This document shows positions 9,380 through 17,457 of a stretch of DNA of 64,000 bases, piece by piece. Below the pieces are notes generated by a model that saw nothing but the letters and a program-made list of their open reading frames with translations, made no database searches and was not told the origin of the DNA. A program made the position numbers and the translations under genes. Each line of letters begins with the position of its first letter. The first letter of the stretch is position 1. This DNA comes from an uncultured Candidatus Saccharibacteria bacterium. Its GTDB lineage: Bacteria > Patescibacteriota > Minisyncoccia > Phycocordibacterales > UBA9973. The DNA is taken from positions 6,110-70,109 of the forward strand of contig CAZKJE010000001.1 in the NCBI GenBank assembly GCA_964553015.1. The letters run 5' to 3'.

Positions 9380-9739
9380 TTAATAGTCGTCGCTGTACGG
9401 ATCCCATTTGTTAGTAATAGGTTTTGGTTTTTTTCTTGAATTTTTTTCCAGTTCTCTAGCCTCTTTTGATATTTTAAAAGCTCCAGTCAGTTCATTTAAA
9501 TCTATATTGTAAGCTTGCGCAATGTCCGGAAGCCTACTTTCATCTGGAAATGTTTCACCTGTTTCCCAAAAATTAATTGATGTGGTATCAACCCCGAGTT
9601 TTAATGCCACATTTTTCTTAGTACTTTTTTCTAGTCTGTTTCTTGCCTCTTTTAATTTATCTCCGAAAAGTGTTCTGTCCTCTACTGTAACTTTCTTTTT
9701 TTCCGGAGCTTTATTTAAACTATTAAATCCCGATGACAT
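9380..9739 (-). CDS. XRE/Cro-CI helix-turn-helix protein
   Basis: FGDKLKEAR...VALKLGVDTTSINFWETGETFP; start re-called at MSSG (9739), 6 nt after TATAAT. Confidence 0.82.
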   Translation of the reverse strand: MSSGFNSLNKAPEKKKVTVEDRTLFGDKLKEARNRLEKSTKKNVALKLGVDTTSINFWETGETFPDESRLPDIAQAYNIDLNELTGAFKISKEARELEKNSRKKPKPITNKWDPYSDDY

Positions 9740-9903
9740 GCTGTTATTATAACAATAATAAATTATTTTATGCAATTTTTAATTCTTGATTCCCTTTACC
9801 CATACTAGCGTAAACTAATTGACAGAAGTGCTGGGACATGACATACTCTTTTTTAGAATTTTCGTGGACAACAAACACACAGTACAAACTCTTAGGAGGG
9901 TTT

Positions 9904-10209
9904 ATGAGGATAGAGGAAGCAGAATTTCGGTTTGTGCTGGAATCCCAGCTTGACGGTTTCTGGGATCGTGCTTTGGTGGTTTTTCGGAACTACCATAGTA
10001 AAAACTTGGAACAAAAGGTGGTGAATCTGATTATTGAGGCAGTTGAACGAAAAAAGGTAGATGTGGTGCTTAAGATGATGGAAGTGTACTACGACACCTA
10101 CCTGATGCCCAACGGAAAAACCCCCAGCCCAGGTGTGGACGAGTTGGAGAAAGTGTTGTTGATCATCAGGACACAGGTCCTTTGCTTACCTCCGAATTCG
10201 TACATATAG
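9904..10209 (+). CDS. Orphan hypothetical protein
   Basis: Start re-called at MRIEE after AGGAGGG SD; TTGACA-17-CATACT promoter near 9819. Confidence 0.6.
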   Translation: MRIEEAEFRFVLESQLDGFWDRALVVFRNYHSKNLEQKVVNLIIEAVERKKVDVVLKMMEVYYDTYLMPNGKTPSPGVDELEKVLLIIRTQVLCLPPNSYI

Positions 10210-10294
10210 GTAAGCACCACATGTCATAACCCCCGCCGTGAGTAATCCCGGCGGGACGGGGCCAAGAGAAGTTCTTTTTTAAAATTTGTATAAA

Positions 10295-10349
10295 TGCGAA
10301 CCGCGAGGTTCGTGACAACCTCGTGAAAAAAACTGCGCGAGGTTTTTTT
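10295..10349 (+). repeat. Dispersed two-hairpin motif (GNRA hairpin plus terminator-like hairpin), copy 1
   Basis: TGCGAACCGCGAGGTTCGT-GAC-AACCTCGTG...CGCGAGGTTTTTTT; homologous to the reverse complement of 22512-22561. Confidence 0.7.
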
Positions 10350-10409
10350 ATGCTAAAAATTTTTTGATTTTATTACTAAAAATGTTATATTTTTTCTGTA
10401 GGCATTTTC

Positions 10410-10481
10410 GGCTCTATCGTCTAACGGTTAGGACATATCCTTCTCAAGGATAGAATCGCGGTTCGATTCCGCGTAGAGTCA
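10410..10481 (+). tRNA. tRNA-Glu (CTC)
   Basis: Acceptor GGCTCTA/TAGAGTC, anticodon arm TATCC-TTCTCAA-GGATA, T-loop TTCGATT; no encoded CCA. Confidence 0.95.
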
Positions 10482-10964
10482 CAAATAGCTGTCAAACCAG
10501 ATAGCATGACATGTATATCCCGCGGGATTTTTTTGGAGATAATCCTGATGATATTCCTCTGCTTCGTAAAATGTATCTAACGGCTCTATAGTAGTGACCA
10601 CCTTATTCGGCCATCTGCCGGATTTGTTTACAATATCTATAAAATTTTCCGCTTCTTTTTTCTCTTCATCATTTCCGTAAAAAATAGCAGAACGATACGA
10701 GGTTCCTCTGTCGTTCCCCTGCTGATTTAGGGTTGTCGGATTATGGATCTGAAAGAAAAAATCCAGCAGTTTTTTGTAAGAAGTTTTTGTGTTGTCGTAT
10801 TCTATCTCCACGGCTTCGGCATGGCCCTCATGATTTTCATATGTAGGATTATTCACAGATCCGCCGGTATAGCCCACCCGGCTCTTCACCGCACCGGGCT
10901 GTTTCCGGATTAAATCCTGCAATCCCCAGAAGCATCCTCCTGCTAAAATTATTTTCTTGATCAT
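10479..10964 (-). CDS. msrA: Peptide methionine sulfoxide reductase A
   Basis: [34 protein letters not shown]. Confidence 0.96.
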   Translation of the reverse strand: MIKKIILAGGCFWGLQDLIRKQPGAVKSRVGYTGGSVNNPTYENHEGHAEAVEIEYDNTKTSYKKLLDFFFQIHNPTTLNQQGNDRGTSYRSAIFYGNDEEKKEAENFIDIVNKSGRWPNKVVTTIEPLDTFYEAEEYHQDYLQKNPAGYTCHAIWFDSYL

Positions 10965-10971
10965 GTGATTT

Positions 10972-11328
10972 TTATTTTCCTTCTAAAAATTTCATTGAAA
11001 TAGAATTCACGCAGTGCCGTAAATTCTTTTCGGTGAACCCTTCGCCGGTAAATAAATGCCCCAAGTGCCCGCCGCATTTTGCGCAGGTTATTTCCGTACG
11101 CATGCCGTCCTTGTCCAGACTTTTGTGCACGGCGCCAGCTATCTCATCATCAAAACTCGGCCAGCCGCAATGGGATTCAAATTTACTCTTTGAATCATAC
11201 AAGGGCGCCTCGCACTGCCGGCAGACATACACACCAGTTTTTTTGTTGTTCACATACTCGCCCGAAAAAGGCATTTCTGTGCCCTTGTCTATGATTACTC
11301 TTTTTTCTTCCGGAGTTAATTCGTTCAT
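10972..11328 (-). CDS. msrB: Peptide methionine sulfoxide reductase B
   Basis: [33 protein letters not shown]. Confidence 0.96.
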   Translation of the reverse strand: MNELTPEEKRVIIDKGTEMPFSGEYVNNKKTGVYVCRQCEAPLYDSKSKFESHCGWPSFDDEIAGAVHKSLDKDGMRTEITCAKCGGHLGHLFTGEGFTEKNLRHCVNSISMKFLEGK

Positions 11329-11373
11329 GCGATAATTATATCATGAATGAAAAAACTATTACAATAATTAAAA

Positions 11374-12714
11374 TTAGTTTTTCTTAAGCCACTCTGGATC
11401 CTGTCGTACAAGAAGACTATATTTATTTCCTTGTTCTAATAAAATCTCTCCCACTATCCGCTCCATGCGCATGCCTTGCGAGCCTTTTACCAGTATGATG
11501 TCTCCATTTTTTATAAAAGTTTTTACAAAGTTTGCAGCTTCCCGCGAATCTAAAAACTCAAAAATACTTTCAGGATTCATTCCCGCCCCGCCTTCTTCGG
11601 GGTAAACTTCCAGCGCGCCTTCTTTTATGGATTTCGCGCGAAGACCAACTACAATCAAAATATCTGCATTTTCTTTAGCAATTTTACCAATATTTTTATG
11701 CGCTTCCACTGTATGCTTTCCGAGCTCCAGCATGTCGCCAAGTACTGCGATTTTCCTTCCCCGAGGGGAACCCTCGGGAAATTTTATATCTCCCAAAGTT
11801 TTGAGCGCGGATTCGCAGGCAAACGGAGAAGAGTTGTACGTATCGTCAATAATCAAGCTTTCTTTTTTCCCTTTTAAGAGGCGCATCCTCCCCGGAGGAA
11901 CATCATAATTTTTAAGCGAATCAGCAGCCGAAAGCATATTGAATTTCAGTCCGTAAGATAAGGCGAGAGCCGCGAGCGAGGCGTACACATGATTCCTGCC
12001 AAACACTCCTTCGATGGCGACGGGTACGCTTCTGCCCTCTTCGTCAACACGAAACACGACTCCTTCCGGAATTCCATTTTTATCATAGGCAATACTTTTG
12101 CCAGATCCCAAAATATCCGCGCCTTCTTTGAACCCATACGTAACCACGAGGCATTTTGTCTTTGATTTCATTTCAAGCACAGATTCATCGTCACTATTCA
12201 ATACCAAAAGCCCCTCCGGCTTTAGGGTTTTTATAAGTTCGGATTTTTCTTCTATCAGGTGCTTGCGCGATGTAAAGAATTCTATATGCGCCGGAGTTTC
12301 CCCGATGGCAGTCATGATCACTGCATCAGTTTTGAGCCAAGAAGCAGTATCGCGCATATCATTCGGCTTGCCGACGCCGACTTCAAGGATAAGCCATTTA
12401 GGATATTTGTGAAGCCCAAAAGGACTAAGAATGAGCCATGCGCCTTTTAAAATATTTTGTATCCATGCGATAGGGTTGTTCCATCCATTTGGCAAGCCGA
12501 GGACAGTGAGCGGCAAACCCAACTCGCTGTTAAAACTTTTCTCGCTTTTTCGAACATAAGAAATTTTTGAAAGCACGGCGTATACGGCATCCTTGGTGGA
12601 AGTCTTGCCGACCGAGCCGGTGATGGCTATAACCTTAGGCTTATACCTCATTAAGACGAGCTTGGACTCTGCCTTCAGAACACAAGCTAATGTTTTTTTG
12701 AAAATTGGTTTCAT
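11374..12714 (-). CDS. murF: UDP-MurNAc-tripeptide--D-Ala-D-Ala ligase
   Basis: AITGSVGKTSTK, SFNSELGLPLT, DDTYNSSP, LGDMLELG, VKGS. Confidence 0.92.
   Translation of the reverse strand: MKPIFKKTLACVLKAESKLVLMRYKPKVIAITGSVGKTSTKDAVYAVLSKISYVRKSEKSFNSELGLPLTVLGLPNGWNNPIAWIQNILKGAWLILSPFGLHKYPKWLILEVGVGKPNDMRDTASWLKTDAVIMTAIGETPAHIEFFTSRKHLIEEKSELIKTLKPEGLLVLNSDDESVLEMKSKTKCLVVTYGFKEGADILGSGKSIAYDKNGIPEGVVFRVDEEGRSVPVAIEGVFGRNHVYASLAALALSYGLKFNMLSAADSLKNYDVPPGRMRLLKGKKESLIIDDTYNSSPFACESALKTLGDIKFPEGSPRGRKIAVLGDMLELGKHTVEAHKNIGKIAKENADILIVVGLRAKSIKEGALEVYPEEGGAGMNPESIFEFLDSREAANFVKTFIKNGDIILVKGSQGMRMERIVGEILLEQGNKYSLLVRQDPEWLKKN
11585..11606. repeat. Intragenic palindrome, family B (GCCCCGCC..GGCGGGG), in murF
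   Basis: GCCCCGCCTTCTTCGGGGTAAA versus the intergenic copy GCCCCGCCACGGCGGGGTAAA at 18925; encodes VYPEEGGA. Confidence 0.6.
11757..11780. repeat. Intragenic palindrome in murF
   Basis: CCCGAGGG-GAA-CCCTCGGG perfect 8-bp stem; encodes FPEGSPRG. Confidence 0.65.
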
Positions 12715-12716
12715 GG

Positions 12717-14423
12717 TTACCTATCCGGCGGAATATTATAATAATTAAGCAAAAATTTTGTGATTTCCAAAAACGGATCGCTCCACGTCGTCGCCGCATA
12801 TTGCACTCCTTTTGGATTTACAGCATACAGGAGTATTATAAATTTCGGATCATAAGCTGGAAAATATCCAACAAAAGAATGCGTGTGCCTGTCTTCATAA
12901 TATCCTCCGGAAACATTGTCTGCAACCTGCGCTGTACCTGTTTTTACCGCGACGCTAAAATGTTCCAGTCCTTTTTTTAATCCCTTGTCCATCACAGTCA
13001 CCAGCATCCTCGTAATCTCTTGCGAAGTTTGCGGGGTTATTTTTCCGGAAGTAACAGGATATGTCATTTCTTTTTTTAATCCGCTGTTGTAATTTATTTC
13101 TTTTACCACATGCGGCACGACAAGGTTTCCTCCGTTGCCGAGACTCGATAGCGCGCGGGCGAGTTCTACCGGAGTGAGCGCTATTCCCTGCCCGAAGGCA
13201 GCGTTTGCATATTCAATTTCTCTCGGACTTTTTAAGATGCCTCCGATAAGGCTTGATGTCTCATTCGGCAGATCTATGCCCGTTTTTTCTTTGATGCCAT
13301 AGGAAAGCAAGTATTCCCGAAGTTTTGTCTTTCCGAGTTTTTGTTCCACAAATACCATTCCGGTATTAAGAGACTGGCTTAAAACATCCTGCATCGTCGT
13401 ATTGGCTCCGCGAGCTTTCTTATCAAAATTAAATATTTCTTTTTTTTCTACAATGACAGAGCCCTTATCTGTGTACGTCGTGCCTGCGGTGACCACGCCG
13501 GCGTCTATGGCGCCTGCCATCACGAGCGGTTTTACGACCGAGCCAAACTCTAAAACATTTTCCACTAGTGGATTTGAAAAAACAGAGATAGTATTAGCCT
13601 GCGAAAATTTATTCGGATCAAAATCCGGCTTGGCGGCAAGAGCATAAATAGAACCATCTTTTGGATTCATTATTATGCCGCCGATAGAGTCCACACTATA
13701 TTTATCTCTCACTTCTCCTAGCTTTTTTTCGAGAAAACTCTGCACCTGCGGCTCAATGGTCGTAACCACGTCGCCCTCCGGCTCGGAATTCTCAAATATT
13801 GTGTCTTCTATGTTGGAAAAAACTTCGGCAAAAAAATTCACATACGGATTGTCTACATTTCTAGAAAGCAAAGAATCATACTGCCGTTCTATGCCGTAGC
13901 GTCCGCCGAGTTCCGAGCCTTTGTATCCCACAAACCCGAGAGTGTGCGAGGCCAGACTTTCCCCGGGATAAAAGCGCCACTTTTCCTTAAAAATACTTAC
14001 GCCCGGAATTTTTAGGGCGGATATCGCATCCGCTTCTTTTTTTGAAAGGTGTCCGACTATCTCTTCATAAGGATCGCTCTTGTCCTCGGCTCTTTTTATA
14101 AAATCTTCATAATCAATAGCCTTAATTTTTGAAATTTTTTGATACGCGTCTTCAGTGTCCGGAATTTTCTCCGGGGTTATCGCTACTTTAAAACCAGAAA
14201 TCTGCGTCGCCGCCGATACAAGCTCGCCATCCTTTCGGCTGAAATAAATATTGCCCCGCTCGTAAATATCCGAGGACGGCGTCACATACTGCCTGTCTGC
14301 GGCATTGGAATAAAAATTACCATGTACAACCTGCACATAAAAAAGCTTGGCGGAAAGTATGCAGGCAAAAAGAATAAAGCCTAGCAAAATTATCCTTGAT
14401 CGAAATAGAAAACTAGATTTCAT
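12717..14423 (-). CDS. ftsI: Class B penicillin-binding protein (FtsI/PBP2-3)
   Basis: N-terminal TM, ERGNIY, RFYP, SVVK, SLN, KTGTAQ; dcw-cluster context. Confidence 0.88.
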   Translation of the reverse strand: MKSSFLFRSRIILLGFILFACILSAKLFYVQVVHGNFYSNAADRQYVTPSSDIYERGNIYFSRKDGELVSAATQISGFKVAITPEKIPDTEDAYQKISKIKAIDYEDFIKRAEDKSDPYEEIVGHLSKKEADAISALKIPGVSIFKEKWRFYPGESLASHTLGFVGYKGSELGGRYGIERQYDSLLSRNVDNPYVNFFAEVFSNIEDTIFENSEPEGDVVTTIEPQVQSFLEKKLGEVRDKYSVDSIGGIIMNPKDGSIYALAAKPDFDPNKFSQANTISVFSNPLVENVLEFGSVVKPLVMAGAIDAGVVTAGTTYTDKGSVIVEKKEIFNFDKKARGANTTMQDVLSQSLNTGMVFVEQKLGKTKLREYLLSYGIKEKTGIDLPNETSSLIGGILKSPREIEYANAAFGQGIALTPVELARALSSLGNGGNLVVPHVVKEINYNSGLKKEMTYPVTSGKITPQTSQEITRMLVTVMDKGLKKGLEHFSVAVKTGTAQVADNVSGGYYEDRHTHSFVGYFPAYDPKFIILLYAVNPKGVQYAATTWSDPFLEITKFLLNYYNIPPDR

Positions 14424-14781
14424 TGTTGCCTAAAGTTAGGCTGCCCAGAGATTTTCGAGTTGCGAAATTTGCTTTTATTTCTTTGAATCCCATTTGAGAT
14501 GACATGGCGAGATCCATATTGCCGGCTGTAGATAAATACGAGAGTTCTAATTGGCCGACTTCGTTTGCAAGCGTTTGCATTTCTTTTTCCAGAGTTTTTC
14601 TTTGCACTATATCAAAGACCATATTTCCAAGGATAAGCACATAGCAAAGAGCAAGTGCAGCTATTACAAAAAGCATAGCATGGAGCATTACTCCCTTCAT
14701 TTCCAAATTATTATTGGTAATGCTTATGTTGCTGCCTGCATTCTGTATGCTTGTCTTTAGTTTTAAGGTCGCTTGTCTCAT
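14413..14781 (-). CDS. FtsL-like cell division protein
   Basis: Single TM plus coiled coil, positioned between rsmH and ftsI. Confidence 0.6.
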   Translation of the reverse strand: MRQATLKLKTSIQNAGSNISITNNNLEMKGVMLHAMLFVIAALALCYVLILGNMVFDIVQRKTLEKEMQTLANEVGQLELSYLSTAGNMDLAMSSQMGFKEIKANFATRKSLGSLTLGNNEI

Positions 14782-14786
14782 GTTTT

Positions 14787-15665
14787 TTATATTTTTTCTA
14801 AAATTCTCAACTTTGCGCTTCGGGCTCTCGGGTTTATTTTTAATTCTTCATCTCCTGCTAAAATTGGTTTTTTGTTTATTAGTAACGCTATTCCTTCTTT
14901 TGCTTTTCCCTGAAAAAATCTTTTTACTATCCGGTCTTCTAGGCTATGAAAACTGATTACTGCCATTCGCCCCCCCGTATTTAATAACTCAAACCCTTTA
15001 TCTAATCCTTCTTGCAAATTGCCTAATTCATCATTCACTGCTATCCGTATCGCCTGAAAGGTCCGTGTAGCTGGGTGCAATTTCTGTCTCTTGTATGTCT
15101 TATGTCCTCTTGCCACTGCCCCTTCTATGATTTTCACTAAATCAAACGTGGTTTTAATCTCTTTCTTTTTTCTCGCCTCCACGATTGCTTTCGCTATTCT
15201 CCTGCTAAACTTTTCTTCGCCATAGCCGTATATAATATCTGCTAAACTTTTCTCCTCCCAATTATTCACGACATCATATGCCGTCAAATCTTCTGGAGAA
15301 GGATTTTCTTTCATGGTCATTAAAAGCGGCTCATCTTTCATAAAGGAAAATCCTCGTCCGGAATTTTCTAACTGATCAGAACTCAAGCCTAGATCCATAA
15401 TAATTGCATCTGCCTGTAAGCCCCCAAGCTCGCGAAAGTTTTTATTCAGAAAAGTTACATCACAACCCGACAACTTTTCCCTTCCTCGCTCTATTGCACT
15501 TGCGTCCTGGTCTATGGCAATAATTTTTATACCCGGATAATTTTTACAAATCTGAAGGGTATGCCCGCCGCCGCCGAAAGTGCAATCTATGACTAAAGAC
15601 TTGTCAGATAAATTTAGGCCGTCTATTGTTTCTTTTAAAAGAACTGTCTTGTGTATGCTTTCCAT
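14787..15665 (-). CDS. rsmH: 16S rRNA m4C1402 methyltransferase
   Basis: HKTVLLKE, DCTFGGGGH, DLGLSS.QL, HPATRTFQAIRIAVN, SFHSLEDRIVK, NPRARSAKLR. Confidence 0.97.
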   Translation of the reverse strand: MESIHKTVLLKETIDGLNLSDKSLVIDCTFGGGGHTLQICKNYPGIKIIAIDQDASAIERGREKLSGCDVTFLNKNFRELGGLQADAIIMDLGLSSDQLENSGRGFSFMKDEPLLMTMKENPSPEDLTAYDVVNNWEEKSLADIIYGYGEEKFSRRIAKAIVEARKKKEIKTTFDLVKIIEGAVARGHKTYKRQKLHPATRTFQAIRIAVNDELGNLQEGLDKGFELLNTGGRMAVISFHSLEDRIVKRFFQGKAKEGIALLINKKPILAGDEELKINPRARSAKLRILEKI

Positions 15666-15678
15666 CGTGCGAGCTATC

Positions 15679-16113
15679 TTATTGCGCTAACTTCTCCGCC
15701 AATTGCTCCGCCTCTCTCGCAACTTTTTCCTTCTGTTCCGACCATGCTTTTTCATTCCAAACCTCCACTCTGTCTTTGACTCCGATGATCGCGGCTTTAT
15801 CACGAAGCTTGATGCCTTCCTGTAAAAATTCCGGTATGAGCATCCGGCCGATAGAATCTATTTCCACTTCCGCCGCGCGGCCAAACATGTATCTATTAAA
15901 ACTTCTCTGGTCTGCTTTCAGGAAAGAAAGATCGGAGTCTGAATCAGAAAGTTTCTTGGAAACTTTTTCCCATTCTTTGATTGTAAAAATAAACAAGCAC
16001 TGTCCGAGGCCGGGAGTAATAATAATTTTCTTGCCAATTTCTTTTCGAAATTTTACCGGCAATGAAACTCTGTTCTTTTCATCTATTGTATGTATATATT
16101 CGCCGATGAGCAT
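15679..16113 (-). CDS. mraZ: Division/cell wall cluster regulator MraZ
   Basis: GEY.HTIDEKNRVSLP, IDSIGRMLIP, GVKDRVEVW. Confidence 0.95.
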   Translation of the reverse strand: MLIGEYIHTIDEKNRVSLPVKFRKEIGKKIIITPGLGQCLFIFTIKEWEKVSKKLSDSDSDLSFLKADQRSFNRYMFGRAAEVEIDSIGRMLIPEFLQEGIKLRDKAAIIGVKDRVEVWNEKAWSEQKEKVAREAEQLAEKLAQ

Positions 16114-16134
16114 AAAAATCTAGAAAATTAATTT

Positions 16135-16170
16135 CCCACTTTTTCCCACTTCATATACATTATATTCCAC
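16135..16170 (-). promoter_or_regulatory. mraZ promoter with MraZ-type GTGGG boxes
   Basis: Minus strand GTGGAA-TATAAT-...-GTGGGAAAAAGTGGG; GTGGG repeats at 10-bp spacing. Confidence 0.7.
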
Positions 16171-16265
16171 CGGAAAAAAGAGTGCAAACCCCGCCAAGCC
16201 CTTCCCTGTGGATAACTTTTAGCCCCTCGTTTGCCCTTGAAACACGAGGTGGTATAATGCTTTTT

Positions 16266-16547
16266 ATGACTACAGGCATAGGAGGATATGAAGAAAAGCT
16301 CCCCGGAAATGTTCCGGGCTTAAGTAACGAGGCTTATAAAAAGAAAGTACTCGATAATTTAGATAGGTTTATAAGAGAAACAGAGTTTGATGGTAAGAAA
16401 AATTGGCCTCCCCAATACTTTCTGGACCCAAAAATGAAAAAAGAATTGATAAATAAACTACATGAACTTACAAAAGGTTTTCCATTTGATCAGTTTGAAA
16501 TAGTAGATTTACTTAAAATTTTGCAAGAAAGAAGAATAAGAGTTTAA
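16266..16547 (+). CDS. Hypothetical protein
   Basis: Start re-called at MTTG, 7 nt after TGGTATAAT (leaderless pattern). Confidence 0.6.
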   Translation: MTTGIGGYEEKLPGNVPGLSNEAYKKKVLDNLDRFIRETEFDGKKNWPPQYFLDPKMKKELINKLHELTKGFPFDQFEIVDLLKILQERRIRV

Positions 16548-16607
16548 TAAAAAAATCAGCCCTCGTGCAATGACGAGGGTTTTGCGATTTTTTACTATAA
16601 GTTTATT

Positions 16608-16895
16608 CTACTTGGCCAGATTGACCGGGCCGATCACCTCCTCCTGGTCGATCGTGACTTGTGTTTCGATTCCGACGATCTTAAAACTCCAGACCGTCTT
16701 GACCACCATCCCGTCCGAGAAAAAAAACTTGGAACGGCCGGTCCCCCGAAGAAGTCCCCCTTCTTCGGAGATTTCCAAGTTCACCGAAGAGGTTGTTTTT
16801 TTTAACTTCGCCCCGTTAGCGGGGACAGGAAGTTGCTCCTTGACCATCTTGTTAACTTCCTTGAGACTTTCCGTACTAAGCGTTAATTTCGTCAT
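16608..16895 (-). CDS. Orphan hypothetical protein
   Basis: Start re-called at MTKL after AAGGAGG SD. Confidence 0.6.
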   Translation of the reverse strand: MTKLTLSTESLKEVNKMVKEQLPVPANGAKLKKTTSSVNLEISEEGGLLRGTGRSKFFFSDGMVVKTVWSFKIVGIETQVTIDQEEVIGPVNLAK

Positions 16896-16920
16896 GAACT
16901 GCCCCTCCTTATTCTCTAGC

Positions 16921-16949
16921 ATTATACTGCTTTGCATTAGAAATGTCAA
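16921..16949 (-). promoter_or_regulatory. Perfect-consensus sigma70 promoter
   Basis: TTGACA-TTTCTAATGCAAAGCAG(17)-TATAAT on the minus strand. Confidence 0.8.
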
Positions 16950-17010
16950 TTAAAACGTGGCGAATTCAATATTTGCGTTAATTTTATGGAAATTATATAA
17001 TTAAAAACCT

Positions 17011-17445
17011 ATGGATAAACCGCTCATATTTGAAGTACCACCAGATTATAAAAAAGGAAAAACAATAGAAGAAATTGGTCTTTTGAAAGAGATGTTGGCT
17101 GAAATTTGGGATGTACCGACAGAAGAAGTAATGAAATCTATTCTTGAAAAATACGAAGAAAAAATAAAAGCTAAAAAAGTTTCTCCTGAATCGCTTCCCG
17201 AATTACCAAAGGCCACAATAGAGGCAGCTGTAGATGTTTTAAATCAAGTCTTGCCTGCAAATGCAAAACTTTCTCATGATTTAACATCAGAAGAAATGCT
17301 TCGTGCGTATAGGGAAAATCACGAAAACCTTCAAAAATTTTTAAACCTTCCAGTTGAAGATTGGAAGCCATCTGGCGATGACAAAAAGGATTTAGAACTC
17401 ATAGCAAGACGTTTTAAACCCGTTGCATCTTATTCGGTTGAGTAA
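17011..17445 (+). CDS. Hypothetical protein
   Basis: 144-aa charged ORF, TATAAT just upstream of ATG. Confidence 0.6.
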   Translation: MDKPLIFEVPPDYKKGKTIEEIGLLKEMLAEIWDVPTEEVMKSILEKYEEKIKAKKVSPESLPELPKATIEAAVDVLNQVLPANAKLSHDLTSEEMLRAYRENHENLQKFLNLPVEDWKPSGDDKKDLELIARRFKPVASYSVE

Positions 17446-17457
17446 CAACAGCAGATT

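Noticed and set aside
12412-12428. Small hairpin in murF (LSPFGL)
   Set aside because: Short stem with G-T pairing; not distinguishable from chance.
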